Shown here: piece after piece, positions 26,855-36,521 of the stretch
Layout: every line of letters begins with the position of its first letter
Numbering within the stretch: position 1 is the stretch's first letter
Source of the DNA: Pseudomonadota bacterium
Lineage (GTDB): Bacteria > Bdellovibrionota_B > Oligoflexia > Oligoflexales > CAIYRB01
Direction of reading: 5' to 3'
DNA: 64,000 bases
NCBI GenBank assembly: GCA_031416315.1
Contig: JANOTL010000153.1
Location: forward strand, 41,826 to 105,825
The notes under the pieces: model-generated
What the model saw: only the letters and a program-made list of their open reading frames with translations
Databases searched by the model: none
Told to the model about the DNA's origin: nothing
Translations under genes and position numbers: made by a program

Positions 26855-27625
26855 TCAGGAAGCCTTCGCCGGAACTGGCGTAAATCCATGTTTTTCAAAC
26901 ACTTTTCGCGACTCGTCCTCGCCGAGGACATCGAGGAGCTGCCTGGCAGTGGCGGGGTTTTTCGATTTTTTTAAGACGACGGCGGGGTAGGTGATCGGTT
27001 TGTGAAGTTTTGCGTCGGCCGTAGCCACGACGGTTACGTTCTTCGAGCCCCGCGCGTCCGAGCCGTAGACGAACCCGGCGTCGGCATTGCCGGACTCGAC
27101 GAAGGTGAGGACCTGTTGCACGTTCATTCCAAACACGAGCCGTTTCTCCACCGCGTCGGCGAGCTTCATCGCCGTCAGCACTTCCATCGCATAGGTCCCC
27201 GCCGGTACGGCCTTGGGCTCACCGATCGCGATCTTCTTCACGGTTTCGCTCTTCAGGTCCTCGATTTTCGTGACCGTGGTCTTGCCCGCCTTCGGCACCA
27301 CGAGCACCAAAGTGTTCCCGACGACGTCGATGCGCGTGCCGTCCAGCGTCAAACCCTTCTTCTCCAGCTCGTCGACTTGTTTCGACGCCGCGCTCACGAA
27401 GACGTCAACCGGCGCGCCGTTCTCGATCTGCTGCTGCAAGGCGCCGGAGGCGCCGAAGTTGAACGTCACTTTCGTACCCGCGTGCGTCTTCTCGAACCTG
27501 GCCGCGATCTCCTCGAGCGCGGCCTTCAAGCTGACGGCCGCCGAAACCGTCAATTCGGCCGCTTGAGCCCGCGCGCTCGCAAGCCCCAACGCCATCATCA
27601 ACACCCAGACGATCTTCATACGCAT
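26855..27625 (-). CDS. modA: molybdate ABC transporter substrate-binding protein
   Basis: Signal peptide, VSAAVSL, FGASGAL, VPAGTYA, GFVYGSD. Confidence 0.95.
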   Translation of the reverse strand: MRMKIVWVLMMALGLASARAQAAELTVSAAVSLKAALEEIAARFEKTHAGTKVTFNFGASGALQQQIENGAPVDVFVSAASKQVDELEKKGLTLDGTRIDVVGNTLVLVVPKAGKTTVTKIEDLKSETVKKIAIGEPKAVPAGTYAMEVLTAMKLADAVEKRLVFGMNVQQVLTFVESGNADAGFVYGSDARGSKNVTVVATADAKLHKPITYPAVVLKKSKNPATARQLLDVLGEDESRKVFEKHGFTPVPAKAS

Positions 27626-27705
27626 TCCTCCAGATTCCCGAACTATGGTAAGCCATCATCAGACCGTCAAGCGTCGCCTGCACGCCCACCTCACGGGAGC
27701 ACGGT

Positions 27706-28065
27706 ATGTCCGAATCCAAAGCCTACAAGGGCGGTTGCCACTGCGGCAAAGTTCGCTATGAAGCCACCATCGACCTCGCCAACACGATGAAGTGCAACTG
27801 CTCTATCTGCTCGAAGCGCAACTGGGTCCTGACCTTCGCCGGCGCCGAGCAATTCAAGCTAGAATCGGGCGAGAAAGTCCTCACCGACTACCAGTTCGGC
27901 AAGAAGAACATCCACCATCTCTTCTGCTCGAACTGCGGTACGCAGTCGTTCGCGCGCGCCGCCGGAAAAGACGGCATCACGATGTACGCGGTCAACGTCA
28001 ATTGCCTGGACGCGGTCGACGTCTCGACGCTGACGCCTAAGGCCGTCGACGGCAAGAGCTTCTAA
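27706..28065 (+). CDS. GFA/CENP-V family protein
   Basis: GGCHCGKVRY, CNCSIC, FCSNCG. Confidence 0.92.
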   Translation: MSESKAYKGGCHCGKVRYEATIDLANTMKCNCSICSKRNWVLTFAGAEQFKLESGEKVLTDYQFGKKNIHHLFCSNCGTQSFARAAGKDGITMYAVNVNCLDAVDVSTLTPKAVDGKSF

Positions 28066-28103
28066 AGGCTGCCATCCGGTTGGATATGGTGAGTTATCGC
28101 GGA

Positions 28104-29603
28104 TCAGTGCAGAGAATCATAGAAGGACTCGATGATCCCGCGATCGTCGAAAGACACGTCTCCGCCGGCGACATGTTGCAGGCGCTCGTGACTGACCCCA
28201 GTCACGATCACGACGTCCTCCGGTTTCGCCGCCGAAAGCGCGCGTCGGATCGCCGCGGCACGATCCGGCTCGCGCAACACGTCACGCCCCGGCTCGGCGC
28301 CCGATGCGATCGCGTCGATGATTGCCGCTACGGCTTCGCCGCGCGGATGCTCGCTCGTGATCACGGCCAAATCCGCGAGCCGCGAGGCAATCGCGCCCGT
28401 CGGCTGCCGCTTGCTCGCATCGCGCTCGCCACCACATCCGCAGACCACGATCACACGACCGCCCGAACCGGGGCGCAGCTGCCGACGCGCCCAAGCCAAG
28501 GTCCGCTCCAAGGCGTCGGGCGAATGCGCGAAATCGACGAACACCCGTGGACCCGTCGTCTCCGTCGCGCGCGCGCCCTGCGCAGCTCCATGCACTTTTT
28601 CCAAGCGCCCCGGCGGCAAGGTCGCCGATTTCAGCGCCCGTGCCGCAATCGCGGGCTCGACACCGAGCGCATACGCCGCGGCGATCGCTCCCAAGGCGTT
28701 CAGCACGTTGTGCTCTGCAGGAAACGGCAGCTCCAAGGCGCACGGCCCGTCGGGCGTCACGAGTTGCCCGCGGCTGCCGCCCTCGCTTAGCGAGAGCTCC
28801 GAGACGCCGAAAGCGGCGTCGGCGTCGAACCCATAGGTGAAAATCCGACGTGCCGTCGTCTCGCGCAAGAGGCGGCGACCCCAGGTCTGGCCGCTCCAAA
28901 TCACGGCCGCGTCGAGCTTCGGCCCGCGGAAGAGCCGCCGCTTCGCCTCGAAGTACCGCTCGAAGCTGCCGTGATAATCCAGATGATCGTGAGTCAAATT
29001 GGTGAACAAGGCGACCTTGAACGTCAACGCGCCGGCGCGCTCCTGATCGAGGCCGATCGACGACGCTTCGATGATCGCATCCGTCACGCCCGCATCGCGC
29101 ATTTGCGCCAACTGGCGGTGCAGCACGTCTGCCGTCGGCGTCGTCAGTCCACGCGACGCATCGACTTCGGCGCCATTGAGCGCATGCTCGGCGCCACCGA
29201 CGAGCCCGACCTCGCGCCCCGACTCGCGAAGAATGTGCCGCAGCAGGAAGCCGACGCTTGTTTTGCCGTTGGTCCCCGTGATGCCGACGAGCCGCAAAGA
29301 GTCGCCCGGACAGCCGTTGAATCGCGCCGCCACCGCAGCGAACGTGCGGCGCACGTCGGCCACCAGCACGGCTTTCGCGCTGTTCACGAACGTCAGAGGA
29401 TCATCGGTGACGACCGCGAGCGCACTGCGCCCGAGCGCCGCGCCCGCCAAAGCGCGGCCATCGGTCCGCCTTCCTAGGCGCGCGAAGAAGAGCACGCCGG
29501 GCGCGACGGCCTCGGCCCGTTCGGTAAAGCCGGCTACGAGCTCGTCATCTTCGACGTTCCGTCGCTCGCCCTCGTGGAGAGGCAATAGTTCGCTCAGACG
29601 CAC
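28104..29603 (-). CDS. murE: MurE-like Mur ligase (orphan, atypical)
   Basis: GITGTNGKT, TTP, FTNLTHDHLDYH, PGRLE, VDFAHSPD, GCGGERD..KR; EHPR replaces DNPR. Confidence 0.85.
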   Translation of the reverse strand: MRLSELLPLHEGERRNVEDDELVAGFTERAEAVAPGVLFFARLGRRTDGRALAGAALGRSALAVVTDDPLTFVNSAKAVLVADVRRTFAAVAARFNGCPGDSLRLVGITGTNGKTSVGFLLRHILRESGREVGLVGGAEHALNGAEVDASRGLTTPTADVLHRQLAQMRDAGVTDAIIEASSIGLDQERAGALTFKVALFTNLTHDHLDYHGSFERYFEAKRRLFRGPKLDAAVIWSGQTWGRRLLRETTARRIFTYGFDADAAFGVSELSLSEGGSRGQLVTPDGPCALELPFPAEHNVLNALGAIAAAYALGVEPAIAARALKSATLPPGRLEKVHGAAQGARATETTGPRVFVDFAHSPDALERTLAWARRQLRPGSGGRVIVVCGCGGERDASKRQPTGAIASRLADLAVITSEHPRGEAVAAIIDAIASGAEPGRDVLREPDRAAAIRRALSAAKPEDVVIVTGVSHERLQHVAGGDVSFDDRGIIESFYDSLH

Positions 29604-29653
29604 GCCGTTTCTCCCGTGACCCTCGCATCGTAGCATGAACCCAAGCGGCCCTG

Positions 29654-30436
29654 CTAAACCGAGCGGCACCGAGATGCGAGCAGCCCCGTGGCCGTGGCAA
29701 GCTCGAGATCGGCGATCAAGACCCCCTCCACGCCGTATGGTTGATGGCAAAGCAAGGTGCCGTCCGGATTGACGACTGCCGAGGTCGTTCCCGACCCTTC
29801 GCTGGCATAGTTGTTCGTCGCGAAGAAGCAGGTGTTTTCCGCCGCGCGGCACAGCGCTGCCTTCTCGTGAAACGTATTTGCGGGATCGGCGAACGTCTTC
29901 GGCCGGTAGCTTCCCGCCTCGGCGACGTGCAAATGCGGATGGAAAACGACTTTTGCGCCGCGGCGCGCCGCCCAGCGCACGGTTTCCGGATAGCGCCAAC
30001 CCTCGTGACAGATCACGACCCCGAAGCTCAGCTCGCCGGCCTGGAAAAGGCGCCGTCCGTTCCCGGGCGCGTAGGTTTCGTCTTCCGACGGATCGAGCTG
30101 CTCTTTGTCCTGAAAACCGACCCGTGTGCCGTCCGCGTCGATCACCAGCGCGGTCGCGTGTAATTTTCCGTCGACGAGCCGCTCGGTTCCCAAGATCACG
30201 GTAATGCCCGCGTGCGCTGCGACTCGGCCGATCGCACTCCACGCTCTCTCAAGAAACACCGCATCCGCGGGCGGCGGAGTTCGACCAAGCCCCCGATACC
30301 CTGGCACATAGCACTCGGGAAAGCAGACGACTCGCGCGCCATGAGCCGCTGCTTCCTCGATGGCCTTCCCGACGAGAACGACCGAAGCTTCAGGGCTCTC
30401 CGGGTACCGAAGATTTGCGAGAGCGATGCGGAACAC
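29654..30436 (-). CDS. carbon-nitrogen hydrolase family protein
   Basis: CFPE, QDK, ICHEGWRYPE. Confidence 0.9.
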   Translation of the reverse strand: MFRIALANLRYPESPEASVVLVGKAIEEAAAHGARVVCFPECYVPGYRGLGRTPPPADAVFLERAWSAIGRVAAHAGITVILGTERLVDGKLHATALVIDADGTRVGFQDKEQLDPSEDETYAPGNGRRLFQAGELSFGVVICHEGWRYPETVRWAARRGAKVVFHPHLHVAEAGSYRPKTFADPANTFHEKAALCRAAENTCFFATNNYASEGSGTTSAVVNPDGTLLCHQPYGVEGVLIADLELATATGLLASRCRSV

Positions 30437-30529
30437 GAGATAGCTCTCCCTGTGTGACTCGAGCGGGGGAGTAGTTCATGAGCAAGGAGCTCCGATTTGA
30501 GCCGCGATCCAGACTAACACACGCGTGGA

Positions 30530-30545
30530 TGGCACGGCGAATGCA
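30530..30545 (+). promoter_or_regulatory. sigma54 (-24/-12) promoter
   Basis: TGGCACGGCGAATGCA, near-consensus, about 65 bp upstream of the DUF4360 gene. Confidence 0.7.
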
Positions 30546-30610
30546 GTCCTGCGGCCCGCATCGACCCGCACGCCGCGCGCTGATGCCGCAAAAATTTGGA
30601 GGATTCCTCG

Positions 30611-31234
30611 ATGAAATTTTACGCCAAGCACGCCTTGAAACTCCTCGCCGCGCTGCTGCCCTTGACCTTCGCGTCGGCAGCGCTCGCCGATGCTCCGGGC
30701 TACGTGCGCATCCGAAACATCTCGTACGCGGGGAGTGGCTGCCCCGCCGGCACTGTGTCACAAAACGTCGCACCAGATCTTCTGGCCTTCACCCTGCTGT
30801 TCGATAGCTACATCGCGCAAATCGGGCCGGGCGTCGCCCTGTCCGAAAGCCGGAAGAACTGCCAGCTCCTCATCGACCTCGACTTTCCATCGGGATGGTC
30901 TTACACGGTCTTCACTGCCGACTATCGGGGCTACGCTAGTTTGCAGAGTGGCGTCTCGGGCCAGCAGATCTCGAGCTACTACTTCCAAGGCCAATCGCAA
31001 ACCGCGCGCCTCGGCACGAACTTCTCCGGCCCGATGACACGCGACTTCCAGATCCGCGACACTCTTGGCCTCAACGCGTTCGTATGGTCGCCGTGCGGCG
31101 CTCAGCGCGCGCTGAACATCAACTCGCAGATTCGCCTTTCGAGCTCCAACCGGACGGCGAGCGGGCTCATCACGACCGACTCCATCGACGGTGAGTTCAA
31201 GCACATCTACGGTATGCAGTGGCGGCGCTGCTGA
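30611..31234 (+). CDS. secreted DUF4360 family protein
   Basis: Signal peptide; GSGCPAG, FDSY, RKNCQL, WSPCG, WRRC. Confidence 0.9.
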   Translation: MKFYAKHALKLLAALLPLTFASAALADAPGYVRIRNISYAGSGCPAGTVSQNVAPDLLAFTLLFDSYIAQIGPGVALSESRKNCQLLIDLDFPSGWSYTVFTADYRGYASLQSGVSGQQISSYYFQGQSQTARLGTNFSGPMTRDFQIRDTLGLNAFVWSPCGAQRALNINSQIRLSSSNRTASGLITTDSIDGEFKHIYGMQWRRC

Positions 31235-31244
31235 AAAACACGAA

Positions 31245-31271
31245 GGCGGAGCGAACCTAATTCGCTCCGCC
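31245..31271. terminator. hairpin between convergent genes
   Basis: GGCGGAGCGAA-CCTAA-TTCGCTCCGCC. Confidence 0.7.
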
Positions 31272-31288
31272 CGCAGAATCGACTCGGA

Positions 31289-32581
31289 TCACTCGACCGC
31301 GTCGACCGTCATCTCACCTTCACCGGCGACTTCGTCGGCGCCGATCTTGCCGTCGGCATTCCCGTCCTTGCCGAACCGCGATTTCAGCTTCACGTTCTTG
31401 CGGATTTGCTGCCAGATCGTCTTGTTGTGACGGTGATCGACGAGGATCACGCCGGTCTCCGGGTCGATCTCGGCGGCGCCCATGTCGACGCCTTCGAACC
31501 AGCCCTTCAGGTCGAAGACGATGCCGAGCTTGTTCTCTGAGCCAGGGGTGACGCCCATGCCACCGTCGCCGGCGAGCCGCAGGTTCATTGCGGCATGCAT
31601 GTCGAGGGCGAACGGCACGAGCTCGTCGCCAATCTTCACCGTGCCCTTGATCGCGAGCGCCTGACCGAACAAGGGGTCGGTGTCGGCGACATCGAAGTTC
31701 GGACGCAGCTTGAACTCGATACGACGATAGCTACCGTCTTGGAGATCGACTTTGGGCGCATCGCCCACGAGGGCGCCGGCGACGAAGTCGTAGACGTACG
31801 GGCCTGCGAATTTCATCGCGGCGTCACGACCTTTGGCCTTTTCGGAACGCTCTTTCAACTTCTGCTTGAGCATGTCTTTCTTGGCGACGAGCTTGGCCTT
31901 AACTTCACCCTTCTTGGCCTCGAGCTTGGCCTTGCCAGCATCCAGTTTCGATTTGGGCTCGTCCTTGGCGTTCGCCATGTCTTCGGGCTTTTTGCCTTCC
32001 AGAGCCATGGCGTCCGCTTCCTCAGAAGCCGCGACGATCTCGGTCGCTTCGGCCGCATCTTCTTCCAGCTCTTGCTTGCCGTTCTCTTGATCTTTCGCCG
32101 TTAGCTCCTTCGTCGGCTTGATCTTCACCGCTGCGATCGAAGCCCGGGCCCATTCGACCGAAACGCTATCGCTGATCGCGATTGCCGGCGCGGCCACGGG
32201 GGCATCGCTCGCCGTCGTGGTCGTCATGGAGGCGTCCGGGACCCCTCCCGTCGCCGGCGCTTCCGGCTCCGCCATCGTTTGCATCGTCGCCTCCGGCGCC
32301 GTCTCCTCGACAAGCCAGAGCGCGATCGCCGCGGCCGAGCCGAAATTGAGGCTGGTCGAGACGAGCGCTCCCGTCGAATCCGCAGGCTTGCTCTCGTCGG
32401 CGTCGGTCGCGACCTTCTGCACCGTCTTCACCGCCTTGTCGGCGGTATCCGTCTTCGACGGGTCGCCCGAGGTTTCGGTCTTCCCGGTGTCTTTGTTTTC
32501 TGCGGCGCCGTCAGTCTTGACCCCACAGCTCGTCAAAGAAACGAGAGCCAAGCCGAGCGCGATCCGTTGCGTGAGTTTCAT
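31289..32581 (-). CDS. hypothetical lipoprotein, paralog of 33640-34797
   Basis: LTSC lipobox; shared blocks KF.GP..YD and DGSY.R.EF.LR. Confidence 0.8.
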   Translation of the reverse strand: MKLTQRIALGLALVSLTSCGVKTDGAAENKDTGKTETSGDPSKTDTADKAVKTVQKVATDADESKPADSTGALVSTSLNFGSAAAIALWLVEETAPEATMQTMAEPEAPATGGVPDASMTTTTASDAPVAAPAIAISDSVSVEWARASIAAVKIKPTKELTAKDQENGKQELEEDAAEATEIVAASEEADAMALEGKKPEDMANAKDEPKSKLDAGKAKLEAKKGEVKAKLVAKKDMLKQKLKERSEKAKGRDAAMKFAGPYVYDFVAGALVGDAPKVDLQDGSYRRIEFKLRPNFDVADTDPLFGQALAIKGTVKIGDELVPFALDMHAAMNLRLAGDGGMGVTPGSENKLGIVFDLKGWFEGVDMGAAEIDPETGVILVDHRHNKTIWQQIRKNVKLKSRFGKDGNADGKIGADEVAGEGEMTVDAVE

Positions 32582-32761
32582 GTTTTAGCTCCTAGGGCCA
32601 ACTGATGTGGTACACAGTTTCTACTTCGGACAAGCTTGGAAAAACTTGAGCTTGATTAAGCGATATCAATAAAAGCAAGCTGTTGCGCTCGTCGGCACAT
32701 ACACGAAATTCCCCTAAAGCAATCTCCCCATCTGGCCGAAGATTGGGTAGGGGGAATTGAA

Positions 32762-33628
32762 TTGCCGACCGGGCTGTCCCAATCAGACCTGCTTGCAAAG
32801 ACGAGCTCGAGCGTCGCGCCCAGCGGCTATCTCGACTACCGCCTGTATCTAAAGGCCGTGTTCGAGGCCGTGAAGCAGCAGCTTGGCTCCTATTCCTATA
32901 GAGCGTTCGCAGAGGACCTCGGCTTCGGCCCGACAACGGTCATGCACCAGATCGTCAGCGGCTACCGTCCGCTCACATTGAAGGCGGCCCAGCGGGTCGC
33001 CGGGCCCCTCGGGTTGAAAAGCATTGAGCGGCGCTTCTTTCTCGCGCTCGTCGAGCATGGCAATACAAAGCTCGCCGCAAAGCGCGATGAGCTCTTCAAA
33101 CGGCTCCTCGAGCTCAAGGGCGAAACGCTGGCGGAAGAGCTCGACAAGGACCGGCTGGAATACTTCAGCGCGTGGTGGCACCCGGTCATCCGCGAGCTCG
33201 TAGGCGCCCGCGGCTTTAAGGACGACCCCGATTGGATCGCGAAAAAGATCGCCCCGCGGCTGCGTCCCGAGCAAGCGAAGGAAAGCCTAGCCCTCCTGGA
33301 CCGCCTCGGTCTGATCGAGCGCGACGCAGAGACCGGCAAGCTACGCCAAACCCAGAAGCGCATCTCCACGGGTCATCGCATCAAAGGCATGGCCATCGCG
33401 GGATTTCATCGGGAGATGATCGATCTCGCTCGCGAGGCCCTGACGCGCGTTCCTGCGCAACGCCGTGACGTCAGCGCTCTGACGGTGTGTGTCGACGAAG
33501 CGACGGCGCAGCGGCTGAAGGCCATGATTCATGCCTTTCAGCTGCAGCTCCTCGACGAGGCCGAGAAGGCCACTGACGGCGACGAAGTCTATCAAGTCAA
33601 CATCCAGCTATTTCCTTTCACGGAGTGA
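32762..33628 (+). CDS. TIGR02147 family protein (HTH + DUF4423)
   Basis: YLDYRLYL, YSYRAFA, YFSAWWHPVIREL, FHREMI, RDVS, VYQVNIQLFP. Confidence 0.92.
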   Translation: MPTGLSQSDLLAKTSSSVAPSGYLDYRLYLKAVFEAVKQQLGSYSYRAFAEDLGFGPTTVMHQIVSGYRPLTLKAAQRVAGPLGLKSIERRFFLALVEHGNTKLAAKRDELFKRLLELKGETLAEELDKDRLEYFSAWWHPVIRELVGARGFKDDPDWIAKKIAPRLRPEQAKESLALLDRLGLIERDAETGKLRQTQKRISTGHRIKGMAIAGFHREMIDLAREALTRVPAQRRDVSALTVCVDEATAQRLKAMIHAFQLQLLDEAEKATDGDEVYQVNIQLFPFTE

Positions 33629-33639
33629 AGGCGAATACC

Positions 33640-34797
33640 ATGCGAATCATCGCCGCAAAATTTGGCCGCATCACCTACGCGCTATTCGTGCTCGGCTTTT
33701 GGAGCTGCGGCACCCTCGTCGGCAATCCGGAAGAAGAAGACGACAAGAAGACGCAACAACCTGATCAAACGCCCGCCGGTCAGGACGTCGCGCTCGAGGC
33801 CGAACGGCCGACCGACTCGACCGGTGCCACCGGCCGCATCGGCTTGAGCCTCGCCGCCGCCGGCGGCGGCGCAGCGCTAGGCCTCGCCGACGAGCTCACG
33901 ATTTCTTACGCGAAGTTCGGCGTGGCGAAGGTCAAGCTGAAGGCGACGCGGGTGGTGAGCGTGAAAGAAACCGAGATCGCTCGCCAAGAGAACGACGCCG
34001 AGAAATCCGCGGTGATGGAGCTCGACCTGGTGGCGGGAAGCCCCACCCTGGCGCTCGCGAACCCCGACTCAGATGGCAACAAGCCGAAAGGACAGAAGCT
34101 CGATCCTAAGCCCGAAATCCCTGGCAAGCCGGGCGACGGCTCCGAGCCTGCGGGGAAAGCGCACAAGGATCGCAAGGCCGAGCGCAAAGCCAAGCTCGCC
34201 GAGAAGAAGGCGGAGCTGCATGACAAGGCCAAGGCACAATTGGACAAGGAAGCCAAAGGCGACCAAGCGACGAAGTTTGTCGGCCCCTTCATTTACGACG
34301 CGCTCCTCGGCAAGATCGAGGGCGCACTCCCCGCGGCCGAGACGACGGACGGCAGCTACCAAAGAGTCGAGTTCCAGCTCCGCCGTGACTTCGCCGTCGG
34401 CGTCGACGATCCCTTGTTCGGCAACGTCTTCGCGATCCAAGGCACCGTCATGAGGGACGGCGCTCCCGTCCCGTTCGCGGTCGAATGGAACATCGCCCTT
34501 AATTTCAGGCTGTTCGGCGACGGCGCCTTCGCCGTGGCTCCAGGCGCGGACAACACGTTGAGCATCGGCTTCGACGTTCACAGCTGGTTCGCAGGCATCG
34601 ACTGGGCGTCCGCCACGGTGGACGCCGACGGCACGATCTACGTCGACCGCAGCGCGAACCGCGAGATCATGCGTCAGGTGCATCGCAACATGAAATCCAG
34701 TACCGTCTTCGGCCGGGACCAGGACGGCGACGGCAAGCTCGGAGCGACTGAAAGCGCCGGCAAAGGCCAAGAAACCCTTGACGTCGAAGTGCCGTGA
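33640..34797 (+). CDS. hypothetical lipoprotein, paralog of 31289-32581
   Basis: WSCGTLVGNP lipobox region; shared core blocks; the alternative GTG start at 33625 overlaps the TIGR02147 stop. Confidence 0.8.
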   Translation: MRIIAAKFGRITYALFVLGFWSCGTLVGNPEEEDDKKTQQPDQTPAGQDVALEAERPTDSTGATGRIGLSLAAAGGGAALGLADELTISYAKFGVAKVKLKATRVVSVKETEIARQENDAEKSAVMELDLVAGSPTLALANPDSDGNKPKGQKLDPKPEIPGKPGDGSEPAGKAHKDRKAERKAKLAEKKAELHDKAKAQLDKEAKGDQATKFVGPFIYDALLGKIEGALPAAETTDGSYQRVEFQLRRDFAVGVDDPLFGNVFAIQGTVMRDGAPVPFAVEWNIALNFRLFGDGAFAVAPGADNTLSIGFDVHSWFAGIDWASATVDADGTIYVDRSANREIMRQVHRNMKSSTVFGRDQDGDGKLGATESAGKGQETLDVEVP

Positions 34798-34820
34798 GGT
34801 CAGAGCTCTCTCTGCCTCAA

Positions 34821-35078
34821 TCACTCGACTGCATTGCGCACGAACTCGTACCGTCGCGACGACGCATCTTGAGCGACCGGCGGCGGTAACGCATATATGG
34901 CGCAGCCACAGTGCGGATTCACGCCCGTCACGCGGCAATCGAAGTCGGACCCACAGTGGTTGACCCGAGATTGCGCCGCGATGATGGCGGCATTCTCGTC
35001 ACGACAATCCGACGCTTCCTTCGCCGTCTCATCGCATCCGATGAGGGCGGCGACACTCAGAATCCAAACTCGCATCAT
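34821..35078 (-). CDS. small Cys-rich lipoprotein
   Basis: GAGGAG SD, LIGC lipobox, C...C..D.DC...CGC. Confidence 0.6.
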   Translation of the reverse strand: MMRVWILSVAALIGCDETAKEASDCRDENAAIIAAQSRVNHCGSDFDCRVTGVNPHCGCAIYALPPPVAQDASSRRYEFVRNAVE

Positions 35079-35432
35079 GTCGCTTCTCCTCAGCGACGTC
35101 ATCATCGCGAGGAGATGATCGGACCGAGGCGCAGAGGCCCGCGTCGCGACGACGCTAAAGTGTATTCTTGCGTATTCGACCTACCGAGTCCGAAGCCCTC
35201 GGGGATCGACGGCGGCCGCGGTTTAGCCCGTCGCGTCTTTTACAAATTCGTAAGAATCGGCGTCCTCAGTCGCTGCTTGTCACTTCGAGTTCGGCACCTT
35301 ACCGCCGGCCGCCTTGATACGGCGATGCGAACCCCCCCTTGAGCTTTGGCGACAAGGCCCGAAAGGCAGGAGGTTGCTCGACGGATCAACGTCGTGCGCC
35401 CGCTCTACACGAACGCAAGGAGGGCAAGGAAG

Positions 35433-35795
35433 ATGAAAGCAGCGAATCGGGTGAAGTGCATCTTGGCGGTCCTGGTCGCTGCGACGTTTCCGGCGTACGG
35501 CGGCGAGATCGAGACCTTAGACGATGCCCTCTTTCCAGCGGAGGAGGTCGACTTTTACTTCGGTGACCACTGCGACGAACTCGAAGCACTCTCGTTCGAA
35601 GCGCTCCTTCAGCTCACCGTCGCCTCGGACGACCGCCTCCGCCAGCGCTTCTGCGCGGTGGCATCGCGCGCCGACTGTGTCGACCGCCAGGGCGGCATCC
35701 AGGACTTTGGCACGCTCCTGCCCTCGGAAACCGTCGGCTATTGTCGCTTCGTCCCGAAGGCCGTCCGGCGCAAGGCGGACACGCTCGTATTCTAG
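35433..35795 (+). CDS. secreted hypothetical protein
   Basis: AAGGA SD, signal peptide, four Cys in the mature part. Confidence 0.6.
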   Translation: MKAANRVKCILAVLVAATFPAYGGEIETLDDALFPAEEVDFYFGDHCDELEALSFEALLQLTVASDDRLRQRFCAVASRADCVDRQGGIQDFGTLLPSETVGYCRFVPKAVRRKADTLVF

Positions 35796-35873
35796 CCGGC
35801 CACAGCGACGACGCCCGGCCATCCATGCCTGGAGGCTCGACCTCCGGAGTTCAACACCAAAGAAGGAAACATC

Positions 35874-36491
35874 ATGACCTCGTTCGCCGAAATCTGCGCG
35901 GCCGCCCATGGACAAACCGATGAAGCTTCCGGAGTCTTTGGCTCGTCGCGAGGCGTCGTGAAGCCGCGCGTCATGCCCCGCATCCTCCTGGTCGACGACG
36001 ACCCCGTGTTCGGCAGGATCATGAAGCGCGCAGCCGCTTCCTTCGCCGCCCGGCTGGCCTTCGTGCAATCGGTCGACGAGCTGACAGATGAGCATCTGTC
36101 AGATGTCGACGTCGCGATCATCGACTTCGATCTGGGTGCCGTCACGGGGCTCGAGCTCGCGCGATTCGTCGACGACCGCGTTCCCATGCCCGTCGTCCTC
36201 GTCAGCACGACCGAACGCCGGCCCGATGAGCGCTGGTCGGAGAGCATCCACGACTTTCTGGTCAAGGAGTCCGGGCCCCTTGCGATCATGGACGCCGCCT
36301 TCGAGGCGCACGAAGTCGCACGGCTGCTTCGCCAAAGCCCAGGCGCCGGCAGGCGGGTGGATTTTTCGACGCAGGACGACGGCCCCCTCGCCATCATCGA
36401 CAGCGCCTTCGAAGCGGCCGAGATCGCTCGAATGGATCGTCAGATCCGCCGCAGGGCGCGGCAGACGCGGAAAACAAGAAACAAGCGCTGA
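35874..36491 (+). CDS. receiver-domain protein with a duplicated C-terminal helix
   Basis: ILLVDDD, AIIDFDL, LVS, FLVK. Confidence 0.8.
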   Translation: MTSFAEICAAAHGQTDEASGVFGSSRGVVKPRVMPRILLVDDDPVFGRIMKRAAASFAARLAFVQSVDELTDEHLSDVDVAIIDFDLGAVTGLELARFVDDRVPMPVVLVSTTERRPDERWSESIHDFLVKESGPLAIMDAAFEAHEVARLLRQSPGAGRRVDFSTQDDGPLAIIDSAFEAAEIARMDRQIRRRARQTRKTRNKR

Positions 36492-36521
36492 AGCTCGAGC
36501 TCTGGCCTGGTTGACCCCGTC

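Noticed and set aside
29604..30242. N-terminal extension making MurE 712 aa
   Set aside because: It overlaps the nitrilase-family gene in another frame and is Arg-rich junk; the real start is near 29603
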